Below are positions 28,722-38,507 of a stretch of 64,000 bases of DNA, in pieces (position 1 is the stretch's first letter; each line of letters starts with the position of its first letter). A program made the translations under genes and the position numbers. The stretch lies in the sequence record DRR723986_585; one strand, 5' to 3'. The notes beneath the pieces are model-generated. The model was not told the DNA's origin and searched no databases. It was given only the letters and a program-made list of their open reading frames with translations.

Positions 28722-30020
28722 TTATCTATTTTCTACCGGAACGAAATCTCTTGCGTTAGCACCAGTATAAACTTGTCTTGGTCTTCCAATTGGATCTCCA
28801 TTATCTAACATTTCTTTCCACTGCGCTATCCAACCCGGTAATCTACCTAATGCAAACATTACAGTGAACATTTCTGTTGGGATTCCAATTGCTCTGTAAA
28901 TGATTCCTGAATAAAAGTCAACATTAGGATACAAGCCTCTAGACTTGAAGTACTCATCTTCTAAAGCAACTTTTTCTAATTTCTTAGCTATCGCCAAAGT
29001 TGGATCATCAATTCCTAATTGGTCTAAAATATCATCACAAGCCTTTTTAATAATTGTAGCTCTTGGATCAAAATTCTTATAAACTCTATGCCCGAAGCCC
29101 ATTAATCTGAACGGGTCTTCTTTATCTTTTGCTTTAGCAATCCATTTTTCAAGATCTCCACCATCATTTTGGATCATTTCAAGCATTTCAATTACAGCTT
29201 GATTGGCTCCACCGTGTAACGGGCCCCATAAAGCAGAAATACCTGCAGAAATTGAAGCATACAAGTTAGCTTGAGAAGAACCTACGATTCTTACTGTTGA
29301 AGCAGAACAGTTTTGTTCGTGATCAGCATGTAAGATTAATAATTTATTTAATGCAGCTGCAATAACTGGATTCGGCTCATAATCTTCAGTTGGCATTGCA
29401 AAACACATGTGCATGAAGTTTTCAATATACCCTAAATCATTTTTCGGATACATGAACGGGTGACGAACGGCATTCTTATAAACCATTGCCGCCAAAGTAG
29501 GCAATTTGGCAATTAATCTTTTAATTGACAATTGGAAAGCTTCTTGAGATCTGTTTGGATCTTGAGACTCAGGATAAAAAGTTGACATTGAACATATCAT
29601 TGATGCCAAAATACCCATTGGGTGAGCCTTAGCTGGATACGCTTCAAAAAATCGCTTCATGTCTTCATGAACCAATGTGTGATGATCTATTTCATCTTCA
29701 AAAGTCTCTAACTGAGTTTTTGTTGGCAATTCACCGTTTAAGATTAAATAGGTTACTTCTAAGAAAGATGCTTTCTCAGCTAGTTGTTCAATAGGATAAC
29801 CTCTATATCTTAAAATTCCTTTTTCTCCATCCAAAAAAGTAATTGAACTTGTACAAGAACCTGTATTCTTAAAACCACGATCGAGTGTTATATAACCCGT
29901 TTGAGCTCTAAGCTTTGAAATATCTAAAGCCTTTTCATTTTCTGTTCCTGTAATAACTGGAATTTCGATTACTTTTCCATCCAGTTCAATTTTTGCGATT
30001 TCTCCCATTGTTGTTTCCAT
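28722..30020 (-). CDS. gltA: Citrate synthase (type II)
   Basis: LRYRGYPI, HADHEQNCS, GPLHGGAN, MGFGHRVYKNFDPRA, YPNVDFYSG. Confidence 0.97.
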   Translation of the reverse strand: METTMGEIAKIELDGKVIEIPVITGTENEKALDISKLRAQTGYITLDRGFKNTGSCTSSITFLDGEKGILRYRGYPIEQLAEKASFLEVTYLILNGELPTKTQLETFEDEIDHHTLVHEDMKRFFEAYPAKAHPMGILASMICSMSTFYPESQDPNRSQEAFQLSIKRLIAKLPTLAAMVYKNAVRHPFMYPKNDLGYIENFMHMCFAMPTEDYEPNPVIAAALNKLLILHADHEQNCSASTVRIVGSSQANLYASISAGISALWGPLHGGANQAVIEMLEMIQNDGGDLEKWIAKAKDKEDPFRLMGFGHRVYKNFDPRATIIKKACDDILDQLGIDDPTLAIAKKLEKVALEDEYFKSRGLYPNVDFYSGIIYRAIGIPTEMFTVMFALGRLPGWIAQWKEMLDNGDPIGRPRQVYTGANARDFVPVENR

Positions 30021-30137
30021 ATATTATCTAAGCCGATTTAAAATTGTCCCCCCTAATATAGCAGGAATTTTGAAATTAATTTGCTCAAATCACTTTTTTT
30101 ATTTCTCTGTAAAGCTAAGCCCCTTGTTTAGTTCAGG

Positions 30138-32087
30138 TTATAATTCATCTTCAGATAAGACAACTAAGAAGTCACCTTCTTCAATTTTAACTTTTTCATC
30201 TTTTGGTAAATTCAACCGAACACCAAAATTTGAATCTGAATCTTTACTCATTGCCCCTTTTCTAATACCAAGGCAAACCTCTTCTCTTTTACCCGCAAGC
30301 CCGATCAAATCACCAAACCTCACTGTTTGAGGAAATTCAGAAAAGTACAAATCAGCTGGCTTTACATAAATCTCAGACCCGTCTTCAGAGAACAGGTCAT
30401 CATACAACGCTTTAATCAATGGCTCTTCCGATAATTGAGCTAGAATCATAGTGATCAATTTGTTACTGATAATGAAATCATCCACATCCGTCTGCGTGAT
30501 AATTTCTTGATTTTCAGAATTTAAAACTTGTGTAATGATATTAGTTGTCACCTCTATTCCACTCTCATTTTTTATATTTCTCAGTAATAGCAAGATGATA
30601 AGCGTATCAGAATCAATTTTATCTGCACTTAATTCTTCCGTATTCTGAGATAGAATAATGATGTTGTCATTCGCAAAAGGATCCACCTCCTGTAAATTCT
30701 CAAGTTTTAAAGGATCAGAATTCACCAACTCTATTTCGAAATCAGTATAAGCCTTTTTCATCTGATTCACCTTCGATTTCAGCTCATCAGAAGGTTCGTT
30801 AAAAAGAATTTTAACTTTAGTCCCTGCAGTAAGATAATCAGCCGATTCACGAATAAATATCTCGGCCACATTATGCCATCCTAAAATCAAGATGTTTTTG
30901 CTTCGCTGCTCCAATTTTTTACCTGAAAGCTTAAGCTCCACCGGCTTAATGATAGGACTTGATTCAAAATTAATGGTAGAATCATCCTCTGCTAAAATAA
31001 TCACCTGATCTTCTTTTACCAACTGGTAATCCTCTTCTGGTCTTAATCTCAGTCCATCTTCTTCATTATAAACCCCAAGCGGAACACCATCTTTGAAATG
31101 GTAAGGCAAGTCTCCGAACTTAACGCCGTTCCATTTATCTTCATAGAAATAAACCTCACAACCATCAAATGACAGCATTTCGTTGTACACCATCTCTAAG
31201 CCACTGGTTAAAGAGGTTTGAACGAGTAATTTCCCCATAATATCCCAGCTATCTAAAGCTATGATATTATCATCTTTAAAGAAGGATATTATCTCTCGCT
31301 TCTCTTCAGTAAATATTTCGGCAATAATTGGAATGTCATTAGTGCCATCCTGACAAGAAATGATGGCCATTATTGATTTAACGGCTAAAACATCAGAACC
31401 TAATTTATCAGCTTGACTGCTGCTTTCAGAACAATTCGCAAGCAATATAACAGACTTCGCCCCTGTTATATTTACACGCTTCAATTCATTAATATTTGCG
31501 TAGTCCCCTGTTGTGGTAACAATTCTGGTAGTTTTTGTATCCGGCAATCGTTTGGCAATCAAATCGTCCATCTCCTCTTTATCTTCATTAGACAAAATAA
31601 CGACACTGGCATATTTTTCACTTTCATTAGCAATAATCAATTCGCGAATGATATCAACGACTCTTTCATTCCATCCAAGAATCAATGTATGTTCTTCTTC
31701 AATGACTTTACCTCTTCCTTTTCTGAAGTTATAAAAGACATTTTCTAATGTAGTAGTAATGAAGGCAATCAACATGGAGAGAATGATTACACCAACAACT
31801 CCAGAAAGTATCGTAGTAATTTTCAGCCATGAAGGGGCTGCATTGTCTTGATTCATGTTCCCTGGATCGGTTAATTGCAACCAGGTTGCCCAGATATCGT
31901 CCCAAAACGATCCGTGATCAGGATGAGCCAAATCAGGGTTTGACTGAAGCATTAAGAATCGGATTCCTATAATTAGGATAAACAATACCATGAAAACTAC
32001 AAATAGACTCATGAAAATTGAAGAACCGCCCTTATTTAAATAACGCTCAAAACGATACTTCAATTTATCTTTTCTGGAAAATGCCAT
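30138..32087 (-). CDS. CASTOR/POLLUX/DMI1-related putative cation channel
   Basis: TM-pore-TM (W..LTDPGN), then two RCK-like domains (HTLILGWN; NILILGWH), SFDGCEVY, LFSEDGSEIYVKPA, VRLNLPK. Confidence 0.8.
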   Translation of the reverse strand: MAFSRKDKLKYRFERYLNKGGSSIFMSLFVVFMVLFILIIGIRFLMLQSNPDLAHPDHGSFWDDIWATWLQLTDPGNMNQDNAAPSWLKITTILSGVVGVIILSMLIAFITTTLENVFYNFRKGRGKVIEEEHTLILGWNERVVDIIRELIIANESEKYASVVILSNEDKEEMDDLIAKRLPDTKTTRIVTTTGDYANINELKRVNITGAKSVILLANCSESSSQADKLGSDVLAVKSIMAIISCQDGTNDIPIIAEIFTEEKREIISFFKDDNIIALDSWDIMGKLLVQTSLTSGLEMVYNEMLSFDGCEVYFYEDKWNGVKFGDLPYHFKDGVPLGVYNEEDGLRLRPEEDYQLVKEDQVIILAEDDSTINFESSPIIKPVELKLSGKKLEQRSKNILILGWHNVAEIFIRESADYLTAGTKVKILFNEPSDELKSKVNQMKKAYTDFEIELVNSDPLKLENLQEVDPFANDNIIILSQNTEELSADKIDSDTLIILLLLRNIKNESGIEVTTNIITQVLNSENQEIITQTDVDDFIISNKLITMILAQLSEEPLIKALYDDLFSEDGSEIYVKPADLYFSEFPQTVRFGDLIGLAGKREEVCLGIRKGAMSKDSDSNFGVRLNLPKDEKVKIEEGDFLVVLSEDEL

Positions 32088-32284
32088 AAAACAAAATTTT
32101 GATGAAGATAATCATGTTTTCAATTTTAATAACAAATCCAATTTCAAGTCCGTCAAAAGTTACACCAGACTTGTTAAAAAAGCTCAAAATTACCGTTTAT
32201 TAAGTCAGTCTTAAAAAATCATAAAACATTGATTTAAAATAACTTACAAACGATAAGAAGCGTTAAATTTGAAATAAAAAACAT

Positions 32285-32776
32285 ATGAATAAAGCAGCAA
32301 TAATAATTTTATCACTGGCGATTTCACATCAACTATTCGGTCAGGATAAACGACATGAAATCGGTTTAGAACTCAGTCCTATTCACGGAAGAATCAGTCC
32401 AAGTATCAATTATTTATTCTCCATTACCCCAAAACACCAATTGGATTTCACGGGAAGTTTTGCAATGGGTAGAGGTCAGCAAAGTGATTTTATATCCAGT
32501 ACTTTCTCAGCCTATTATAAACGAAAATTCAATATTATTGAAGGCCTGTCCTGGTATGTGGGACCTGGTGCATCATTAAGGTATGGTCGAGTATCAGCAC
32601 CAACATTGCAAGTATTTGATCTTGGAATTGGCGCTCAAATAGGATTAGAATATGATTTTTCTAAACATAATGTTCCAATCGTATTTGGAATGGATATCAA
32701 GCCTGAATATCACTTCGGATCAGGCTTCAATTATTTTGGTGTACAGCCCGGCGCCTCAGTAAGATTCAAATTCTAA
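32285..32776 (+). CDS. Small outer-membrane beta-barrel protein
   Basis: Signal peptide, LSWYVGPGA, GAQIGLEYDF, C-terminal VRFKF; -7 box TAAATTTG at 32264-32271. Confidence 0.8.
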   Translation: MNKAAIIILSLAISHQLFGQDKRHEIGLELSPIHGRISPSINYLFSITPKHQLDFTGSFAMGRGQQSDFISSTFSAYYKRKFNIIEGLSWYVGPGASLRYGRVSAPTLQVFDLGIGAQIGLEYDFSKHNVPIVFGMDIKPEYHFGSGFNYFGVQPGASVRFKF

Positions 32777-32778
32777 AA

Positions 32779-33294
32779 TTACTTCTTAGTGTATTTTTTT
32801 AATCTGGAAATCAATTCGCTGGGTTTTTGATACCCGGCGATTGATCCTATTTTCACTTCTCGTTTTGACAATACAATGAATGAAGGAAAACTCATTTTTC
32901 CTGCTAATAGACTCACTGCTAACTCATTATAGGTTTTACCGTTGTAATTTTTAAGCTCGTACAACTTTTCTTTAAAAACTATTGCTTCCTCTTTTTCCGC
33001 ATTCATTTTTACGGAATAGAAATGTTCGTTCATGTAGGCCACTACATCCTCATCCTTAAAGGTAGATTGATCCATTTTTTTACACCAACCGCACCAATCG
33101 GTGTAGATGTCTATAAAAATGAATTTCTTTTTTTCAGAATTTTTGTCAATGGCTTCTTCGAAACTGAGCCATTCAATTTCTGCATCATTTTCTTTAAATC
33201 TAACCGCCTGGCCCGCATCTCTTTGAAAGATGTCATGAGCAAACAAGCTTAAACTACTCATTAAAAATATTGCAATAATTGTAATCTTTTTCAT
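32779..33294 (-). CDS. Exported thioredoxin-like protein
   Basis: DIYTDWCGWCKKMD, cis-Pro SFPS; signal peptide. Confidence 0.9.
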   Translation of the reverse strand: MKKITIIAIFLMSSLSLFAHDIFQRDAGQAVRFKENDAEIEWLSFEEAIDKNSEKKKFIFIDIYTDWCGWCKKMDQSTFKDEDVVAYMNEHFYSVKMNAEKEEAIVFKEKLYELKNYNGKTYNELAVSLLAGKMSFPSFIVLSKREVKIGSIAGYQKPSELISRLKKYTKK

Positions 33295-33317
33295 ACTTAA
33301 ATGACGAATGACTAACT

Positions 33318-35483
33318 CTAAAGGTTTTCTAGCGTAAAGGTTAACATTTTGTTAAATAAATGTAGCCTCGTGTATCCTCCATAAATTCCGTGATTCTTAT
33401 TGGTATATATAAACATTTCAAAATCTTTATTCTCTTTCACCAACGCATCCACCATTTCCATTGTATTCTGAACATGAACATTATCATCACCAGAACCGTG
33501 AACAATTAGATACTTCCCTTTCATTTTTTCGACATGATTAATAGGTGAGTTATCCTCGTATCCATCATTATTCTCTTTAGGAGTTCTCATAAATCGTTCA
33601 GTATAGATATTATCATACCATTTCCAGTTAGTAACAGGAGCAACAGCAATTCCCATTTTAAAAACATCAGCTCCTTTCGTCATACACAAAGACGTCATAT
33701 AACCTCCATAGCTCCAACCCATAATTCCTATTCTTTCTGGATCTACAAAATCCCATTTTTGAACTTCTTTAGCTGCAGCAATCATATCTTCTGTTTCATA
33801 TTTACCCAATTGCAAATAGGTCGATTTTTTAAACTCAGCACCTCTAAACATGGTTCCTCTAGTATCAACAGAAATTACGATATATCCCTTTTGAGCAAGT
33901 AATTGGTGATACAAAAAATTAGAACCAGCCCAAGAATCGGTAACTGTATTGTGTCCTGGACCATTATAGATATTGAAATAAACCGGATATTTCTTAGCGG
34001 CGTCAAAATTCGGAGGTTTTACGATAAAGGCATTCAAATCATATTTTCCTGATGCATCTTTTAGCGTAATAAATTCCTTTTTAGCAAGGTTATAATTTGA
34101 AAGCCTTTTCTTCAGGTCTTCATTATCCACTAAAACATCAATTTCTTTTCCTTTAGCATTATGAACTGATATCCTTGAAGGTGTGTTAGCGTTTGAATAA
34201 TAATTAATATAATACTTCATTCCTGTACTAAAACTTGCATCATTTGCGCCTTTTAAACCTGACAATTTAGTTTTACCTGAACCGTCAATTTTCACTGAAT
34301 AAAGATCTTTGTAAATAGCACCTTGCTCTGCAGAAACATAGTACACAATTCCTTTTTCGTTGTTTACCCCTTTCAGTTCAACAACATCCCAATTCCCTTT
34401 AGTTATTTGATTCACAGAACCGTCCAAACCTACACGGTAAATGTGGTTGTAGCCATCTTTTTCTGATGTTCGAAGAAAAGATTTTCCGTCTTTCAGAAAT
34501 ATTAAATTGTCGTCTATTTCTACATAAGTTTTAGAAACATCTTTATGGATTTCTTTGATTAGTGTAGCACCTTCTTTATAAGTTACTGTATTGTAAACCA
34601 ATTCATTTTGATGTCTATTCAGAGTCAGATAAACCAGTTGATTATCATTCCTTGTCCACTTCATTCTTGGGATATACTCGTGCTCTCCGTGTTCAACTTT
34701 AACTGATTTTGCCGATTTTAACTCATAAATATGTAAGCTCAATTCTGAATTATCCTCCCCTGCTTTTGGATACCTAAAAGTGTACGGTTTAGGATATAAG
34801 TCGTTTGTATAATAATTCATAGTAAATTCTTGAACCTTACTCTCGTTGAACTTCAAGTAAGCAATCTTGGTTCCCTCAGGTGACCATTCGAAGGCTTTTG
34901 TGATAGAGAATTCTTCTTCATAAACCCAATCTGTACTTCCATTAATGATCTTATTCATTTCTCCATCTGTAGTCACTTCTTTTATTGTACCGCTTGCCAA
35001 ATCTTTGATTAAAATATCATTGTCGTAAACAAAAGCCACCTTACTTCCGTCAGGAGAAAACTCAGCCAACATTTCTTTCGCTTCTTTATCGTAAAGCGCT
35101 TCTGAAGTCTTTGAAGCAATATCAACCACATAATATTTGGCAGTAAAACTTCTTCGATAAATGCTTTTAATTTCTGTAGCAATTAAGAGTTTAGATTCAT
35201 CAGCATTGAAAAAATAATCTCCAATTTCAATCCCCTTAAGTATCGCCCCATCTATAATTGTCGCTACGGGCTTTGAGAAATCTTTGTAATTGTATTTAAT
35301 GATTTTATTCTCTTCAAGCGTTGAAAAATGTTCACCGTCATTCATAGAACGAACAGAATACACATAATCTCCGCTAAACTCGGAAGAAGACCAGATTAAT
35401 TCATTGGACAATTCTTTTTGTTGAGAAAAACCATTACTCAATATGGTAATAGTAGCAAGCGAAAGTAGTATTAGATGTTTCAT
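33318..35483 (-). CDS. Dipeptidyl peptidase IV (S9B)
   Basis: DWVYEEE, YPKAG, GWSYGG, HGSGDDNVH, NHGI. Confidence 0.95.
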   Translation of the reverse strand: MKHLILLSLATITILSNGFSQQKELSNELIWSSSEFSGDYVYSVRSMNDGEHFSTLEENKIIKYNYKDFSKPVATIIDGAILKGIEIGDYFFNADESKLLIATEIKSIYRRSFTAKYYVVDIASKTSEALYDKEAKEMLAEFSPDGSKVAFVYDNDILIKDLASGTIKEVTTDGEMNKIINGSTDWVYEEEFSITKAFEWSPEGTKIAYLKFNESKVQEFTMNYYTNDLYPKPYTFRYPKAGEDNSELSLHIYELKSAKSVKVEHGEHEYIPRMKWTRNDNQLVYLTLNRHQNELVYNTVTYKEGATLIKEIHKDVSKTYVEIDDNLIFLKDGKSFLRTSEKDGYNHIYRVGLDGSVNQITKGNWDVVELKGVNNEKGIVYYVSAEQGAIYKDLYSVKIDGSGKTKLSGLKGANDASFSTGMKYYINYYSNANTPSRISVHNAKGKEIDVLVDNEDLKKRLSNYNLAKKEFITLKDASGKYDLNAFIVKPPNFDAAKKYPVYFNIYNGPGHNTVTDSWAGSNFLYHQLLAQKGYIVISVDTRGTMFRGAEFKKSTYLQLGKYETEDMIAAAKEVQKWDFVDPERIGIMGWSYGGYMTSLCMTKGADVFKMGIAVAPVTNWKWYDNIYTERFMRTPKENNDGYEDNSPINHVEKMKGKYLIVHGSGDDNVHVQNTMEMVDALVKENKDFEMFIYTNKNHGIYGGYTRLHLFNKMLTFTLENL

Positions 35484-35557
35484 TTATGTTGTATTGTTGA
35501 TACGAATATATCAATTATTTTGCCAGACATTCTTTTATGTTTTTGTCGGTCAATATC

Positions 35558-36493
35558 TTATTTCAAAGGAGGATACGATTTGCAAATTTCAGCAACCTGA
35601 CTCAACTTATCATCCAATGGTCTGGCAGCTTCTATCCAATGAATCTTATAATTATTCTTTTCCATTCTTCTAAACCAGGTCATCTGTCTCTTAGAGAATT
35701 GATGAATCGCAGTCTCTAAACCGAAATAAAGCTCCTTTTTTGTGATTTTATTCATTAAAAAATCGCTCAGCCACTTATACTCCAAACCATAATAGGCCAT
35801 AGATTCATGACTTAATCCATTAGCCAGTAAAGCCTCAGCTTCTTCAATCAAACCATTATTCAATCGATAGCTCAATCTTTTGGAAATTTTGCTCCTTCTC
35901 AAATCCCGGTCAATAGTTAAACCGAAGATAATTGAAGGCACCTCAGGGTAAGCTCTTTTCTTCCATTCAGGGTGCAATTTTAAATAATTCGACACCTGAA
36001 TCGCGCGCACTTTTCTTGGCTTGGTTTGATCTCCAATTGCTTGCTTCACTTCAGCATCAGCAAGTTCATACTGCTCTTCGAACTCCTCTTTGGTTAAGTC
36101 ATTTAAACTCTTCTTTTCTGAAGGATCAGAAGGAATACCCAAATAACTGTTCCCTCTCAATGCTGCCTCTATGTACAGTCCGCTACCTCCACACAATATC
36201 GCTTGTGTATCCCTTTCATTCAATTCATTATAAACTTTATGAAAATCAACTTGATACTCAGCTATATTGTATTTATATCCTGGATCATGAATATCAATTA
36301 AATGAACTGGAATTGCTTCTCCATCAATGATGTATTCATCAAGATCTTTTCCTGTACCGATATCCATACCCCTATATACCTGTCTACTATCCGCCGAAAT
36401 GATCTCAGCCTTTAGATTACTCGCTAAATGGCAAGCCAATTCGGTTTTGCCGCAAGCAGTCGGTCCTAATATGGTAATCAATGGTTTAGGCAT
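35558..36493 (-). CDS. miaA: tRNA dimethylallyltransferase
   Basis: GPTACGKT, ISADSRQVYRGMDIGTGK, GGSGLYI, SKRQMTWFR. Confidence 0.93.
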   Translation of the reverse strand: MPKPLITILGPTACGKTELACHLASNLKAEIISADSRQVYRGMDIGTGKDLDEYIIDGEAIPVHLIDIHDPGYKYNIAEYQVDFHKVYNELNERDTQAILCGGSGLYIEAALRGNSYLGIPSDPSEKKSLNDLTKEEFEEQYELADAEVKQAIGDQTKPRKVRAIQVSNYLKLHPEWKKRAYPEVPSIIFGLTIDRDLRRSKISKRLSYRLNNGLIEEAEALLANGLSHESMAYYGLEYKWLSDFLMNKITKKELYFGLETAIHQFSKRQMTWFRRMEKNNYKIHWIEAARPLDDKLSQVAEICKSYPPLK

Positions 36494-37220
36494 TTCTATT
36501 CCAAATTCGCCAGGCCTCTTCAGCCTGTTGCTCTAGCATGGTGCGACCATTTAAAATCCACGCTCCATTTTCTTCTGAACGCTCTAGAAATCTAGTTTTC
36601 GGAGGATTATATATCAAATCAACAACTAAATGTTTAGGTGTTAAAAGTTCATAAGGAATATTTACTTCTTCTTTTACATTAGGATAAGTGCCAACTGGCG
36701 TGGTATTCACAATCATTTTACATGCATCAATCATGGTATCATTGATATCCTGATAGGCAAATTCAAACTCTCCTTTAGGATGTCGGGATATGTAAATCAC
36801 CTCCGCTCCAATCTCTTCTAAAACATGCGCAACAGCTTTTGATGCTCCGCCTGTACCTAATATCATTGCTTTCTGATGATGAGATTTAAAAAATGGTTTT
36901 ATCATTTGTTTAAAACCGAATACATCCGTGTTATGTCCGATCCATTTTCCATCAATAATTTGAACGGTATTTACGGCGCCAATCTGCTCTGCATCTGTAC
37001 TCATTTCATCCAAAAAGGGAATAACTGATTCTTTGTAAGGAACTGTGACATTGAATCCTTTCAAGTCAACCATATTTCGAAGTTCTAACACTTCAGACAC
37101 TTCATTCAATTCAAAGTTCAAGTAATCCGACTCAATCTTCTCATTTTCAAATTTTTCTAAAAAAAACTTTCTAGAAAACGAATGCCCTAATGTCCTACCA
37201 ATTAATCCAAATTTATTCAT
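36486..37220 (-). CDS. aroE: Shikimate dehydrogenase
   Basis: LGHSFS, NVTVPYK, GAVNT, NTDVFG, GTGGAS, DLIYNP. Confidence 0.94.
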   Translation of the reverse strand: MNKFGLIGRTLGHSFSRKFFLEKFENEKIESDYLNFELNEVSEVLELRNMVDLKGFNVTVPYKESVIPFLDEMSTDAEQIGAVNTVQIIDGKWIGHNTDVFGFKQMIKPFFKSHHQKAMILGTGGASKAVAHVLEEIGAEVIYISRHPKGEFEFAYQDINDTMIDACKMIVNTTPVGTYPNVKEEVNIPYELLTPKHLVVDLIYNPPKTRFLERSEENGAWILNGRTMLEQQAEEAWRIWNRNA

Positions 37221-37282
37221 TGAAAAATATCATAAAAAAAGGGATCTCGATAAAGAAACCCCTCTCTGTAATTGAATTTAAA

Positions 37283-38353
37283 TTAAACTCTAATGAGCCA
37301 ATTAAATTTATCATCAATATTTCCTTTTTTATATTCAGAAATATGAGCTTTTATTTTATTTGAAAAAGTTCTTGATTCAATACTTGGCAACTCATAAGTT
37401 TGACCGTCATAACCGATATGACTAATAGGCGCTATTGTAGCCGCAGTACCCGCTCCAAACGCATCTTGTAAAGTACCATTTTTGAGGGCATCAATAATTT
37501 CGTCAACTTTTACAGCTCTTTCTTCTACTTTATATCCCCAATCTTTAGCTAAATCTAAAACTGATCGCTTAGTAATCCCTTTAAGAATGGTGTCTTTTGA
37601 TTCATCTGGAGTGATGATGGTGTCATTAATTACGAAAACAACATTCATTGTTCCCGCCTCTTCAATGAAAGTGTGTGTTTTAGCGTCTGTCCAAATCAAT
37701 TGTCTAAACCCTTCTTCTGCAGCCAATTTAGCCGGATAAAGAGATGAAGCATAATTTCCAGCAGCCTTTGCACGTCCAACCCCACCTTCTGCAGCTCTAG
37801 TATAATATGTTTCTATTTTGACCTTTACCGGATCTGAATAATAAGCACCGACTGGACTTGTGATAATAACGAACTTGTATTTTTCTGAAGGTCTAATCCC
37901 TACATAATCATCTGTTGCAATCATGAACGGACGAATATAAAGCGATTGCCCCTCGTTTGACGGTACCCAATTTCTATCTAAATCTATTAAAGTTTTTAAT
38001 CCTTCAACAAAAATTTCCTCAGGTAAAGTAGCCATGCACATTCTTTCAGCAGATTCATTGAATCTCTTAGCATTATCAACTGCTCTGAATAACAAAATTT
38101 CCCCGCTCGAACTTTTCTGAGCTTTCAAGCCTTCAAATATCGCTTGTCCATAATGTAAAGCTGATGTTGCAGGATGTAAGTCTAAATTCCTAAACGGAAC
38201 GATCGTTGGGGTTTGCCAAGCACCGTCCGAATAGTCAATCTCAAACATGTGATCTGAAAAGATTTTACCAAAAGGCAAATTATCAAAATCAACCTGTGAA
38301 AGTCTAGAGTTTTCGGTCTTTGTAATGCGAATGTTGTTTACTACTGTATCCAT
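37283..38353 (-). CDS. ilvE: Branched-chain amino acid aminotransferase
   Basis: LHYGQAIFEGLKA, LYIRPF, AKAAGNY, EEAGTMN, GAGTAA; -7-like TATCTTCG at 38377-38384 favours ATG 38353. Confidence 0.95.
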   Translation of the reverse strand: MDTVVNNIRITKTENSRLSQVDFDNLPFGKIFSDHMFEIDYSDGAWQTPTIVPFRNLDLHPATSALHYGQAIFEGLKAQKSSSGEILLFRAVDNAKRFNESAERMCMATLPEEIFVEGLKTLIDLDRNWVPSNEGQSLYIRPFMIATDDYVGIRPSEKYKFVIITSPVGAYYSDPVKVKIETYYTRAAEGGVGRAKAAGNYASSLYPAKLAAEEGFRQLIWTDAKTHTFIEEAGTMNVVFVINDTIITPDESKDTILKGITKRSVLDLAKDWGYKVEERAVKVDEIIDALKNGTLQDAFGAGTAATIAPISHIGYDGQTYELPSIESRTFSNKIKAHISEYKKGNIDDKFNWLIRV

Positions 38354-38507
38354 GAATTTGGCTCGTTTTAGTTCCGCGAAGATAGTCATTTATTCTTGTT
38401 TTATCAAGCAATATTTAATTGAGCTGATTAATTTAAAACAGGTTGTTCACTTTCTTTCTATTTTCGTAAACAAAGACCATTGAACATTCTTATTTGATTA
38501 AAGACAC

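Noticed and set aside
35932-36330. Antisense or alternate-frame ORFs in the track (for example 132 aa opposite miaA, 61890-62264, 31413-31748)
   Set aside because: They overlap well-supported genes and show no motifs or protein-like features; treated as shadow ORFs
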